NCBI GenBank assembly: GCA_964016885.1
Contig: OZ024740.1
Span: 352,408,001 to 352,472,000 of the forward strand
DNA length: 64,000 bases
From: Eledone cirrhosa
Lineage: Eukaryota
Direction: 5' to 3'
Shown: one piece after another, positions 1 through 13,650 of the stretch
How the letters are laid out: the number at the start of each line of letters is the position of its first letter
How positions within the stretch are numbered: position 1 is the first letter of the stretch
Notes under the pieces: model-generated
Database searches by the model: none
Seen by the model: the letters and a program-made list of their open reading frames with translations, nothing else
Told to the model about the DNA's origin: nothing
Program-made: the position numbers and the translations under genes

Positions 1-1189
1 TTCATGCCAACATGGATAGTGGATGTAAATTCATGATGATGAAAGTCAACTGTAAGTGAACTGATAAGATATCTTCTAGATATCTATGATATTGAACAAT
101 GGAACAAATAAGACAAGGTTTAGCAATTATTTAATCCATTGTTATACAATCATTTCAGAGGGCAAAACACACACACACAAATATATATTATGGCTGGATG
201 CCTTTCCTATCACCAACCACTTTACAGAAGTGTACTGGGTGATTGTTTATCATGTGGATCCCAAACACTACAGAGATTGTCATGTATATGGCACAGCTGA
301 AGATTTCCCCCAATCATTTGTTTGACAAGTTTTTTATGGCTGGGTGCCCTTCTTATAACCAAGCAAATTACAGAGTGGATTAGATGCATTTATAGAGCAA
401 ATCACCAACACTAAGGAGTTTGTCATGTCTATGTCACAACTGTAGAGTTCTCCCAACTCTTTGTTTAGCAAGTTTTCTATGCTTGGATCAACTTACCATC
501 AACCATTTTACAGTGTACTGAATGCATTTATTGTGCAAATCCCTAACACTAGAGGGGCTGACTTGCCCTTGGCACATGTAAAGAGTCCCCTCAATCCTTT
601 ATGGCATGGTTTTTACAGCGGAATGTCCTTCCTATCGCTAACTACCATACAGGGTATATTAGATGCATGTATCATGGCACTGGCAATAGAGACGTCATCA
701 TTGAGTGGACTGAAGAGCCCCCTCTATCCTATGGGCAGGGGTAGGTTGTATGTCACTGGCAGGTGCCAAATGTGGAGGGATTTGACAGGGTGGGGATTGT
801 GGTGCAGAAATGTACTCAATATGACTAGTATATTTCATAATTTAAATGAACATATGTCAAATAGCTATCATCATCATTTTACGTCCGCTTTTCCCTGCTT
901 GGAAGGGTGGGATGGGTCCTATTCAGCACCGCATCTCTCCACTTGTCACGGTCCACCGTGAGCTTCAGCGATCTGCTCTCACCACCTCCACCCATGTTCT
1001 TCGTCGTCTTCCTTCAACTGGCATTTCTTCACCTATCGGTCATCCTCCATGTGCATCACGTCCATACCATCGCAGTCTCCTCTCCCGCACTCTCAGACAC
1101 AGTTTCTCTCTCAACACATCCATTATATTACATCTGCTTTCTAAGCTGGCATGAGTTGGACCGGTCATCATGGTTTGAAACAAGACAGT

Positions 1190-2335
1190 TTTGATACTAT
1201 GACCTGGAGAAAGCTTTTGATAGAGTCCCCTGTTCCATAATCTTGTGGGCTCTTAGAAAACTAGGGGTAGTTGAGCGGCTTGTGAAGGCAGTAAAAGCCA
1301 TGTATAGAGGAGCAGCCAGCAAGGTTAGAATTAATGATTATAGTGAAGAATTTAGTGTGCAAGTGGGAGTCCATCAGGGCTCCATTCTTAGCCCTCCTGT
1401 TTATTATCATCTTGCAGACAATAACAGAAGAGTTTAAGACTGGCTGCCCATTGGAACTCCTATATGCAGATGATTTAAACCTTATAGCTGAATTAGAGAA
1501 GAAATTCTAAACCTGGAAACCTGGCCTAGAATCAAAAGTTTGTAAAGTCCTAGTAAGTAGAAAGGAAAACAGGGCTCAGATCCCCTCAGGTAAATGGCCT
1601 TGCTTAGTGTGAAGGAAAGGCATAGGTAGAAATTCCATCCTATATCCTAAATGCAACCTATGGGTACACAAGAGATGCAGTGGGATCTCAGGCAGGTTAG
1701 CAAAGATTTTGTATGTGGCCAATGCAAAGGAGCAGTAAGTAGCAAGAGCTCACAGGAAACAAGCTTCTTTAAATGCTCAGAGGGTTCCATAGAAGTAGTT
1801 GCTACATTCTGCTACCTACCAAAGTAGTAGTGGAGTTGGGTGTTATGAAGGTATACTAGTCAGAGTGAGAATGGGATGGAAAAAGTTCAGGGAGCTACAA
1901 AAGGTTTTTTTCTTCAAAATGAATGGCAGGTTGTATGAAGCTTGTGTAAGAACAACAATGCTGCATGGAAGTGAGACCTAGGAAGTATGTGCAGAGGACC
2001 TATGAAGATTGGAAAGAAATGAAGTTTGCATGCTCCGATGGATGTGTAATAAAGGTGTGCATGAACAAAGTATAATTGAATTAAGAGAGAAACTAGGCAT
2101 AAGAGGTGTCAAATTCAGTGTGCAGGAGAGAAGATTGTCGTGGTATGGAGATGACAGCTGTATAAAAAGATGCAGGGCACTCAAAAATCAATGGAAACTC
2201 TGAAAGAGAAAGACTGGGATGGCATGATAAAAACTAATCATGACCAACTAAACCTCACAAAGGAGATGACACAAGATTGAGATCTTTGGTGTTATGCTGT
2301 AATGCAAAAGACTCACACTCCCATGTTCATAGGAT
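1190..2335 (+). mobile_element. Degraded RTE-clade LINE fragment (RT and C-terminal region)
   Basis: Fragments encode DLEKAFDRVP, GVHQGSILSP, LLYADD and MLHGSET..MLRWMC, with many stops and frameshifts. Homologous to 22407-23330. Confidence 0.85.
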
Positions 2336-3064
2336 GAAACAAACATGTAGAAAACATTAGTCTGCACCAATCTTCTGCTTTTTACCCCTCCCATCTCCAG
2401 CTAAATAACCCACACATCTTACCTATGTACTTGAAAAATAAACATTAAATGATGACGACACACATAGATATATATATTCATATATACACACACATACATA
2501 TTGTTTTTATCTGCTTTCCACATGAGCATGGTTTGAATAGGTTGTCACAGTCCAAGACTTGACAAGTTGGTGTGACCTCATGTTGCTCATACATTCCATG
2601 TTTGGCATGACTTCTACAGCTGAATGCTCTTCCTAACACCTTACAGAATGTATTGGTTGTGCTTTTTCATGGCACTAGCACTACCACTTTACATTGGACT
2701 GGATGCATTTTATCATGTCACCAGCACTAGAGAGGTTGTCGCATGTTGTCCAGATTGAAGATTTCTCTTAGAAACTATATTCAATCACAAAACACTGTAA
2801 CCTTCAGTCTATCATCACATTTACATTTAGTATTGCAGTGGTTGTACTGGTGGATGGAGCTTTTGTATTATGGCATATCACCAGTCAGCTTGGTCCCGTG
2901 TCATCTTCATGAAGTTCAGTTTTTTTTACGCCATTTCTCAGTTTCATCATGGCTTCCCTTTTTCACAGGAACCATCCACATTTCTTTTCAGCTGCCACAA
3001 ATCTTCTGCACTCACGGCCATGTCTCGCTGCCATGCAGCATTGTAATTCAAACATATATATATA

Positions 3065-3740
3065 TATAAAAAATAAACCAAAGAAGCCTTCAATATATCA
3101 AAAGTCTTTATTAGCCAACAATGTTTCGTCCTATTACTTTATTATATTATACTGTAAACAATATATATATATATATTTAAATACTTAATAAGTGTTAGTT
3201 TGTATTTGTACTAATGTGTATATGTATAGAGAGAGATATATATATATACATACATTAAGCTTTTTATTATCACCATCTATTATATTATATTATATTCTAT
3301 ATCGTACTGTAATTCTCGCATTATATTACCATTTGTGTTTCAAGTTTTTGCATTATACAATATTTGCAATGTGGGTTCAACATGTTAATCACTTCCTTGC
3401 TATTTGGTCCATATCTATGTTTGTAACTGCTCACTCTTAATCTTAGCCAACTTTTCCTTGATATCTTTCCTAAGCTTTAATAGATGTATACTCCATATTC
3501 TTCTGAGTTTTTGGCTTGTATTGGCCGATAGTGCTTCTTGTAGCTTTACTTGCCCTGATGAGTCCTTAATAGGACGAAACATTGTTGGCTAATAAAGACT
3601 TTTGATGTATTGAAGGCTTCTTTGGTTTATTTTTTATAATTCTTCGGCTCTGTTTAATTACATTGAGCTATATCTTATACTGTCATTTCTATAATATGAA
3701 GAGGGTGTTTAACTCCAACACACTCTAGTATTTTAATTAT
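3065..3740 (+). mobile_element. Penelope-like pseudo-LTR module with inverted partial copy
   Basis: 3065-3136 is the reverse complement of 3567-3638 (72 bp, 1 mismatch). The module contains a hammerhead motif followed by AATAAA and has (TA)n on both sides. Confidence 0.6.
3552..3589 (+). ncRNA. Minimal type I hammerhead ribozyme motif
   Basis: GCC-CTGATGA-GTCCT(TAAT)AGGAC-GAAA-C(ATT)GTT-GGC: conserved core, 5-bp stem II, GCC/GGC stem I, GUU cleavage triplet. Confidence 0.8.
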
Positions 3741-4094
3741 TATATATATATATATATATCATATAATCATTCACTCTTATGTATATATGAAATGAAAAAA
3801 AAATTAATTTACAGCTCACACCTATGTAGCTTTAGTTAGCTTGCTACAAGGTCGCATCTCATAGTTGTTTTTTTTTGTGTTTTAATAATAGGGTCCCAGT
3901 CCTATAATTAAAAACAGCATGAAGTAAAGGGTCTTGCCCATGAACATAATATGCTGCCCAATCAGGAACTGAACCCATGACTTTACAATTGTGAGTCCAA
4001 CACCCTAACCACTAGGACACATGCTTTATATATAGCACAATTAATTAAGAAAAGAATATGTTGTTTTTGACAAGAGAAATTCATAACTAATAAA

Positions 4095-4810
4095 CACTGC
4101 TATGTCTATCATTCATTGATTTGGAGAAGGCTTTTGACTGAGTACCATGATCCATTATCTAGTTGTCCTTAGGCATAGATGAGTGGCTGATAGCAAAGTG
4201 AAAGTATGCAATGAAGGAGGTGGATGTTCATCGTCCACTCCTGTTTATCATGTATTCAGGCCCAAACCGAGGAGTTTAAGACTAGTTGTCTGTGGAAACT
4301 CCTATATGCTGATGATTTAGTTCTTATTGCTGAATCTGCGGACGATTAAGAGAAAAAATTCCAGCCATAGAAACAGACCCTTGAATTGAAAAGCCTCAGC
4401 GTAAACTTAGCAAAGACAAAAGCATAAGTAAGTAGGAAATAAGACAGGACCATGCTGCTATCAGGAAAATGGCCATGCTCAATTTTCAGAAAAAGGATTA
4501 AGTAGAGACTGCAAACAGTGCTCCAAGAGTAAACTTTCAGTGCCTAAGAGATGTAGCAGGCTAACAAGGGAAATACATTTTGTGTTTAGCAAATGCACAG
4601 GGATAGTTAGTAGTAAGAGCACCAGTGAACCTCTTTCCAATTCAAAAATAGCTTTACAGAAGGAATTGATAGCTTCTGCTACCTATGGGACCAAATTAAC
4701 AGCATACCTCTGCTAGTAACAAAGTTCTCTCTCTGAGCAAAGGATGGATTTTATGATGCCTGTATATGAAATGCAATGTTACATGGTAGTAAGGTATGAG
4801 CAAATGTTAC
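4095..4810 (+). mobile_element. Highly degraded RTE-clade LINE fragment
   Basis: gatttggagaaggcttttgac (DLEKAFD), ctcctatatgctgatgattta (LLYADDL), ggaaaatggccatgc (GKWPC). Confidence 0.75.
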
Positions 4811-5153
4811 ATGGTAGTGACATATGTGCAATGTTATCGCTAGTACAGTTTGACTCCATACTTGTGATAACATTACTAGTTTGGCTGCCTCCATAGCATT
4901 AATTCTTTGTTTTTGCTGTGCGTCAGTGAAGATTACTTAATTAAATCTATTATGTTTATACTATCTGATGACGTCACTGATTGTTCTGTGCCATGGTCTG
5001 ATGTAAATTAATTGGCCACAGAAATACGTATTATACAAGAATAAAATGAATTATTGGAATCCAGCCTTCACATGTTTTTCATTGAAGTAGATATGTATAT
5101 AATCGTTGTTTTTTGTTGACGAATGAGGAAAAGATTATTCAATACATGTTGAA

Positions 5154-5518
5154 GGCACATGGTTTAGTGGTTAGAGTATTGGCCTTGCAATCGAAAGGTT
5201 GTGAGTTCAATTCTCAGACCGGGTGATGTGTTGTTTCCTTGAGCAAGACACTTTATTTCACATTGCTCCAGTTTACTCAGCTGTAGAAATGAGATGATAG
5301 GGACTGGGGTCCCTATCATTCCACTTCAAAAAATCACCCAGCCCACACTGTAAAGTGGCCGTGTAGGCGCCACGGAAAAAAAGCACCCAGCACTCACTGT
5401 AAATGAGGTTGGTGTTAGGAAGGGCATCCAGCTGTAAAAAATCAAGCCACAATCAGTTCCCGTCCCACCCTTGCAGGCAGGGAAAAGCGGGCGTAAAATG
5501 ATGATGATGATGATGATG
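5154..5518 (+). mobile_element. tRNA-derived SINE with LINE-like (GAT)n tail
   Basis: A-box TGGTTTAGTGG, B-box GAGTTCAATTC, central cttgagcaagacactt motif and a 3' tail shared with the RTE LINE 3' UTR. Near-identical partial copy at about 40090-40400. Confidence 0.8.
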
Positions 5519-7489
5519 TAAGGTATATGATTTTTCTAAACTCAACTATTTTCTAGTCTCATGTCTCCGTGATCGTCAAGCGAGAACTGTCTCCTATCTA
5601 TTCACTGAACAACGTTCGTGGGTAAAATAAAAGGTTCATTTGAACTTCATAGTTAATAAGCGCTTACTTGAATGGTGGTTTCATACACAGGTATCGGAAG
5701 TGTGCGACGCATATCTCTCAACGGGTTTGCCACGTTCACAGCAATAAATATTTCGAGATTTATACATGCTGCATATTCCTTAACGTTTATACAACCAAAC
5801 TGTGTAATGTAATAAAACTCGACCGGTTGCCATTATGAGCCAATTTTCATTTATGGTGATTTTGGAACCCTTTTAGTTTTATTTTGAAGCTCCTTCAGTT
5901 TTATATTTATACCAGATATTTTATACATACAAATATTCACAATCACTAGCTGAAATAAACATTGTTTTTCAGGAAAAATGTTAAATTAAATGAAAAATTT
6001 TAATAAGGAAAATGAAAAAAACCCACAATTTTAATGACATTTGGTTATATAAATTGAGATTGGATTGTCTCCCCTGATTAGCAACCGACGCTAAAATAAT
6101 CTCTCAATCCAGCTAAGTAAAAAATTGATTTCTTACATAGGCACATAACTTCAGGTAGAGAAAAATAAATGAGATTTTATGATGTTCATTATTTCATCAA
6201 GATTATTAATTTACACAATGAAATAGAACAAATCAATAGAGAATCGACACCAAGTCGAACGAGCTTAGCCTATGTTCTACGTAAAGCATTACTTTCTTTA
6301 CGTTTACTGGGAAGGGAGATACGATGGTGTAGCGTCCCGACTTTTCCAAAATGGCATTACGGCGTAGTTTAAAATAATATATACCTTGTAATATAATCTT
6401 TAAACTTAAGCTTCAAAACCTAAAAACATCCAACTAAAGTTTAAAGAACACATTATTCATTTGCTTTTTCAATAATCTCCAAATTAGTCACGAATAATTT
6501 CAATACTTCTTGATCAGAGAAAGTATCCTTGAACTATTTTAGGTTTAATCAAAACTTCCGGCTTAAAATAACGGAATAAGTAAGGTTTTTGTTTAGGCAA
6601 ATGATATAGATGGAGATATAACAGATAGTGAAATTATGAATCAGAATATACGAAACATTAAATTTTATGCATTGCAGAAAATTCCATTATGATTACTCTT
6701 TAATTAAAATTGAAATATTCTAAATTGCAATTCGTCGACTTATGGATCAGTCAATACAAAAATGAAAGATACTCTCTTGGTAATCCTTAAATTTTGCTAA
6801 CAAAAACTTTAAAAGGACAAGGAGACATTTTACGTACCCGCTCGATTGAAAAATGCTTTTCGTAACTAAATTAATAATTGCTGAAAAAATAATTTATCAG
6901 AAATATCAAAATTCCCACTTAACCACCATTACATTACGCACGAACTGGCTGCATTTACAATTTGAGGTGGAATTCCACGATTATGGCCTTTTATGAAACA
7001 AATTTGTAACGAAAGTTTAATATCGATGGTAAGTATGCTTCCAGGTTGCAGACATTGTAACATGATATGGGTTAGTTACGTCTATACAGTTTGCATGTAT
7101 TACTTACTCCTTGCTTCAGTCCTAGTATCGAACTCGAAACTGTTGCTTCATATAAAAGGAAGGTGTTAACTTTATATTATATTTTATAATATACATGTAT
7201 ATCAATTCCGAGTATATCTTCCAAATTATTTACATATAATTAAGTCTAACAACTATAATAAAATATGTTAGCGGTCTGCTGTGTATGTATGATTAGCAAG
7301 CAACAAACCAAGAGAGATTAGTTAGTCCTAAACAAAGCAAACGAGCCAGACATGTTATAGCTTAGTTTTTCCTAACAAGTTGTCCCAGACTTATATGAAA
7401 GTAAATGTAATAACGATTAAGCGATAACCTTTAGTAAAATATGTGCTTGTATGTATACGTGTGTGTTATGTGTATGAAATATAAATGTA

Positions 7490-7667
7490 GATATGGCTTA
7501 GTTATTCTTAAATAATCTGTCAAAACAGGCGGGCTGACTATCAGAAGGGCCAGACGAAAGCTGCTGCTGCTACTTCTTGTGAATAGTATCCCATGATGCC
7601 CTGACGGCTTTGTGTGTGCAGGCTTCCCGCGGAATTGGGAAGTTGACGCCGGAGTGTGGAGGGACAC

Positions 7668-7720
<53 letters not shown>

Positions 7721-8932
7721 CACACACATGCATACACACCTGCACATTAAAGATAACAAACTTATTTAAAAACAAAACCCGAGAAATCGAATGTCGAAAT
7801 AAACATTTATTGGATATATCTGATTCACACTGAGGGACATCGGGACAGACTGCCTATAGCAACCATAAATCATATTTATCCTGGAAATACTGTTAGAAGG
7901 AAGGACAGAAGAGAACGGAACTACATCGGTTTTACACAGCCGGTAGAAGAACCGGTGAGGAGAGAAGGCCAACGGCCATCAGCACCGAATCATTGCCAAC
8001 ACCGTCTGCCCCCTCCCCCCTGGCACACAACTAAGGGCTAGTACGAGGTATTCCAGTTTAAGGGATTTACATAGATGTTTACCCCTCCAATTTGACTGCA
8101 TAAGTCTGTATTTGCATTATTAAAGGCGGGTGCTATACTAGTGCCTGCTTGCATACCATCGCTACGACACAATTACAAGACATTTATTAGCACATTATAT
8201 TTACCCCTCTCTATCGTTTTCGTGTGTACATATGTATATATACATATATATGTATATATACATATATATGTATATATATATGCTGCACTCTATACATATG
8301 TGTTCCTCGATTATTTCTTCAGTTCTGTTTTTACATCGATACAGGCATACCTTGAACCAATTCAAAATCACTACTCGGACTTCACAGCCATCTCACCAAG
8401 GCATCAATCAACATTTCTTGCCACTGAACGAGTGTTAATACTAGAAGACAAAAAGGCGGCAGAGGAGATTTTTTTTTTTTTTTAGTTCGACGAACTATTA
8501 TTGCCATAATTAATTTCATTTTTTTGTTTTTCTCTGCTAGAATAATGCAAGTTGAAATATAGTATTTAATTTAAAAGCCACGAAGCTATTAACAAACAAA
8601 AAGTGTTTATTAGTAACTTAGTATTAAATGGTATACTACTATTACTACTACTACTACTACTACTTGTTAATGTCTTAGAATGCTCTTTGGCACTCTTTCT
8701 TCTTTTTTTTTATAATGGTGTGTATGTTTAGCTTTTTATTTTTATGTGTTCATGTGGATTCTATTTAGAGTCTTTATTAATCGGTAGCGTGTTTTGTAAT
8801 TTATTTTAAATATTCGGAAGAGAGCATTGGCTGAAGGTGTCCATAAAAAAACTTTAAAAACCCCCACAACAATATTACTAAAATAACCATAGCCCTGCCT
8901 CCTTTAAAGAAAGGAGAGGGTAAAAGAAAATA
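7490..8932 (+). promoter_or_regulatory. Probable SUZ12 promoter / 5' UTR region
   Basis: Relatively CpG-rich and free of recognisable TEs, directly upstream of the SUZ12 ATG. The transcription start cannot be fixed from sequence. Confidence 0.4.
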
Positions 8933-9188
8933 ATGAAGCCTAGAAAGAGAGATAAAGAAAAGCCGAATGTTGGCGAAAAACCTGGTGTCGGTAGCCAGCA
9001 GCACCACCAACATCATCAGCACCACATCTCTTCCAATCCACACCACCATCATGTTCAAAGTGGACATGCTATATCTCACAATACTACACATCACAATACA
9101 ACTCATCACAATTCTACCACTAATCAACAAGATTCTCAATATGAAACTATCAAGGCTGATCACGAACTTTTCCTGCAAGCTTTTGAAA
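8933..9188 (+). CDS. SUZ12: Polycomb protein SUZ12, coding exon 1
   Basis: MKPRKRDKEK...QYETIKADHELFLQAFE matches the conserved SUZ12 motif ADHELFLQAFEKPTQIYR. Donor GTAAGT at 9189 (phase 1). Confidence 0.93.
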
Positions 9189-12100
9189 GTAAGTATAATA
9201 AATAGTAATAATTGTTATCTATTTGTTCCTTGGTTCTTTTCTGCCTTAATTACCCTCCCCCCACTACTAATATTTCTTTATACACGATATTTTAATAAAC
9301 TTCAAAAATATTTTAATGTACTACTGCTAAGTAAATCGCACATCTCTAACACGTGTGCATGGGTAAGGTTTATTTATTACTAATGAGTTAGTAATGAATG
9401 TTATTTTATTTTTATAATTATCTTGATATTTTTTTTATATATAAACAAAGATATTGGTCTGAACATACACGTGTTCATCATCAACCTTTCCCCACCTTTC
9501 CAATATCCACTATATTCAGCCATACATTATATAAATTATAAGCTCTGAAGTTACTATCTTCATGATTTTATTTTGAACCTATTAAATGCTTCAAATATAT
9601 TCACATGATTAAAAAAGATCTCCATATTAAATGCAATTCCAACTTTGAATGGTTTTGTGGAAGAAAAACAATTGATTGGACGTTGTGTGTTCACAGCAAG
9701 AGAAAGGGCGAGCTTGTAAGAGTTAAATGAAACGTGACAGGTACTACAATGTTTCACACATTCTTAAAGTTTTTTGTATTTATGGCGTTTTGATACCACA
9801 ACCAATACTTTTCAGTTATTAAACGGAAGGAAATTCAATACTTAAATGTGTCTATATGCAGTCATACATACACATGATATATATTTGCATGCACACACAC
9901 ACACACACACACATATATACACTTACAAATTTGTTGGGCTTAAATCATTTTATTTCCAAATCTTGACCGATGTATTTCTTCATTAGATAGCTAAGAGGTA
10001 ATTTGTAAGAAACATTTCTAGCGTGGTCATAAAAGAAATTCAAGTTTTAAAAAAAGCACACCTTATTTGATTGAAACAATATAGCACTCATTTATTTTTT
10101 TATATTGTTACAAATGAACTTGTTGAAAGATCATTGGCAAATCATTTATAGATAAGAAAACTCTTGCATCTCACTTCTTTATAATTTCTAAATATGATCT
10201 CTAAAATAATGCTTTAACGAAAACAGTTATAATTCTGTATAAATAAAAATTAAGTTTGATATGGACATAATACAGCGTCTGAAGATAAATTTAACGTAGA
10301 AATCTTAATAATAACGACAGTTTTCATATTAATCTTGAAATTAAAGCCATAAGTTTAATCTTTAACAGTTTCTTTTTACACTTAAATTATACCTAGCTGT
10401 GTAAGAAAAGTTACTTGTCTGAAATAGATTTGACTATAATGTAAATTAATATAAAAGAAACCGGGTTTAAGCACTGTACTTACTGTTCAATAAAGGATTA
10501 CCTATTAGCATTAGTTTAATCTTCAAGTATTATAAAATGTTTTTCATTTTTTTTTCTTCTAGAACTAATTTCCCAATAGCCCTAGATATATATTTGACAA
10601 AACCAATAGTTTTCGACTATGTAAACAGCAAGTTCATGTTTATTGATAGGTAAAACAATATATAAAAATGTACTGAGCTTTAAAACAACCCCAGGTCATA
10701 AATAATAAAGGTTAAGAGAAAGGTTTTGGACTGCATTGTATGTGTGTGTATACACACACACACGCAATAATGGATTTATATGTGAGAATGATTGTTGTAC
10801 AGTTGATATTTTTTAAGTATGAATTTTCTAGTATTGTCTTATTTTATGATTTGAAACGTCTTCATTTTAAAGATGGTGTGGACTGTGATTACTGTATGAA
10901 TACGATGAATGGTACATAGATCTTCAACTGGCCAGAGATATAAATTTAACATGTGTATCTTCATAGTCCTTCTTGGTTCTCTAGACAAATGAATTTTGCA
11001 TCGACTGAGCACTTCTGCAAAACATGGCTAATGAGAGGGATGGACTGACATAAGCTGGAAGTATTTGACCACTTTTGCCATTGCTGAATCCTCTGTTTGT
11101 GCATTAGATTTCCTATCAAACTCTGAAATAGCTTCCACTCAAAAGATACCTCCAATGTTTTGGTCACACACACACACACACCATGAGGTGAACTCTGTAT
11201 GATGCAGACATGCCAGATATCCTCCTGGAGATAGACAGCTGAAAACATGGATTGGCATGATGAAGTCAGTTGGTGTCCATCATTGTAATCATAACTAGTT
11301 GACAATATCTGCATCAGATGTCAAATTGCAATGCACAGGTGACCTCAGTTCACAGTGTTGTAGACATCTCGGCTCATACTTAAACACAAGATCGGTGAAT
11401 AAGTCGATGAGAGATCCTATCTGTAAATGCTCCACTTGTCAGAAATAGACAATCTTCCTCAAATTACACCTACTGTCTCAGAGAAGGAAGAACACAGAAT
11501 GAATTAGCAGATATATAGGTCTTCTTGATCAGGTCTGGCTAAACTAGAAAATAGAAAATGTCCTTATTTTTTAGTTAATGTATCTATAACAGTACTAAAA
11601 GCTCATTCAACCAAGTTTGTTGCCAATTTGTTATATTTGTCAACAACTTAGGGAATCAAATACATGAAGTGTTGTTTTGAGGCATGGGTCTGTTTACCAT
11701 CATCATTTTGCATGCTCATTAGCTTGTTCATCTGATCAGACTCCATTTTAGTCAGGTAGTCATAATTTTCACAGGTTTGGCTAAGCAATCAAAAGGTGGA
11801 GTTCATCTTCAGACAAACTGCCTGGAGGTTGGACTATGTTCTGTGATGGATCCTATTTACTGAGATGTGTGAAGTGAGAGAGGTTATTTCTAAAGACCTG
11901 CATCTTAAAAAAACAATCCCAGATTGTTGATAAAGCCAAACATTTTGGTTTTGCAAGGGCAGTGGGTCTTCTGCCCACATTATAGTTCCTTATTTAATTA
12001 ATTAGATTTACCAAAAAATCACCATTTTCTTACTAATCTGCAATTGTGGACACTATTACTTATTGGAATATCATTGTCTGTCAGGTTTAGTACTTTATAG

Positions 12101-13650
12101 ATTGTGCTGTAGTGGTAGTTTTTAAAGGTTTGCAAAATAGCACCCCTTCCATGAATTTTGAGTTTTGCTGGAATCTTGTTTAGCTAATAAGGGCTTCATT
12201 GCCATAAAAGGTTTCATTGAGAGCTTGAGAAAATGTGTTTTTCTTGTGATCTCAGTCAATTCTTTCCCAGTTTGAAGTTCATCCCTTGGGAACTGTTTTT
12301 CATTTCAAAATTATTTAAAAATCATGGACTGTGTTTCGTTAGAAATATGGTAACTAGTTCTGAAAAGATGAAGGGCAAAGTTGATCACCAAGTAATTTTG
12401 TGCACTCCTCTACCAATTACAGTAAAATTTAGACTTTCAAAAGTAAGACTTGAAGCAGTTTGAAAGGAATGGGTATGGCTTTTTTTTATATAATGGTGAA
12501 GAGTGTAATGAATTTACAGTGCTAGGACATTCATTAAGAAAGAGGGCATCATTAGGACTAATCAGAGTTGGTTTTTATAGGCTAGTCCAATTTGTGTAAA
12601 TTGACTAACTGACTTTGGTGTTAACTTGGTTTATCATTTGGATTTACTATACACAAATATAATCTGACCTCTTATTTTATGTCTGAGACATAAGCAAAGA
12701 TCCAAACCTTGTTTATAAGCCAAGGTAGGTAAATGAGTGGAGAATATATTTATGAAATTTTAATATTTTGATATTTAAAATGTTTTAAGTGTCATTTAGA
12801 GTGTAATTTTTGGTTCATAACTCCATTGTGTAATGATTTTTTTTAATCAATTTCCATCTGTTTTGAAGGCAATATTCATTAAAGAACTTATCAAAAACAA
12901 TAAGAAACACAAATTTCATGTCGAAAATGAAACCAGTGTAATATTCATCTCTAAAGTAAAAATATTTTAACACTTCATTTACATAGAATTTTGAAGTTGG
13001 TAAAAATCTTTGAAATATTGATCACGAATATGAGCACCCACATTTTAACCTTTTTTTTCTCCCCCCTTATCAAATATTTCTCAGCTTAAATACGAGTATA
13101 TACGGTAATTCTATAATTTGACATAATACAATAAGTTGTACACTGTACAAATTGCATTGTATTAGAGTAACAAGAAGAATTTTAAGGTCATTTCCACCAC
13201 TAGCTTTGTGAACCCATGATAGTTTTCATATTCACCATTTGGTCTTTTTTAAGGAAATGTTTTACAGCCAGATGATCTTCTAGACACCTTCTTTACATGT
13301 TTCTTATGATACAAAGGGTATGGTATACGTATTCTAAACCAAATACATGGAGTATTGTGACATTTAATTAAGAGTGGTGGAATGACAGTATCAGTAGAGT
13401 ACTTTTCACGGTATATAGTTAGACGGTTACATTCTTCAAATCCTGCCATGGTGAGCTTTGCTTTTCATCCTTATAGGGCTGATAAAAAAGAACCAGTAAT
13501 GCACTGGGGTCAATTTAATCAACTTTCCCTTTCCCTTCAGATTGTGCCGAATGTAGAAACAATTATTATGATTGATTTCATTTTGTTTCTAATATATTAT
13601 GTTTTGCCATTTTGTTGTCTAACACTGAAATTTTGGTTTTATTTTTGCAG

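Noticed and set aside
5154-5225. tRNA-like sequence with A and B boxes
   Set aside because: It is the head of a multi-copy SINE, lacks a proper acceptor stem and continues into SINE body and tail.
7530-7575. CTGACTA...GACGAAAGC resembling a hammerhead core
   Set aside because: The CUGAnGA core is not matched and stems I and II cannot be formed.
7431-8485. ORFs rich in YI/IY/HT repeats (also 40328-42736 and others)
   Set aside because: These are translations of (TA)n/(CA)n microsatellites, not proteins.
8801-9383. Overlapping ORFs 8801-9178 (-) and 8967-9383 (+)
   Set aside because: Shadow frames of the low-complexity SUZ12 exon 1.
10275-10310. CTGAAGA...GAAA spacing like a hammerhead
   Set aside because: No credible stem I, II or III pairing; expected by chance in AT-rich DNA.
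10960-11370. 117-aa minus-strand ORF
   Set aside because: No recognisable motif or splice structure; probably a decayed repeat that cannot be classified by eye.
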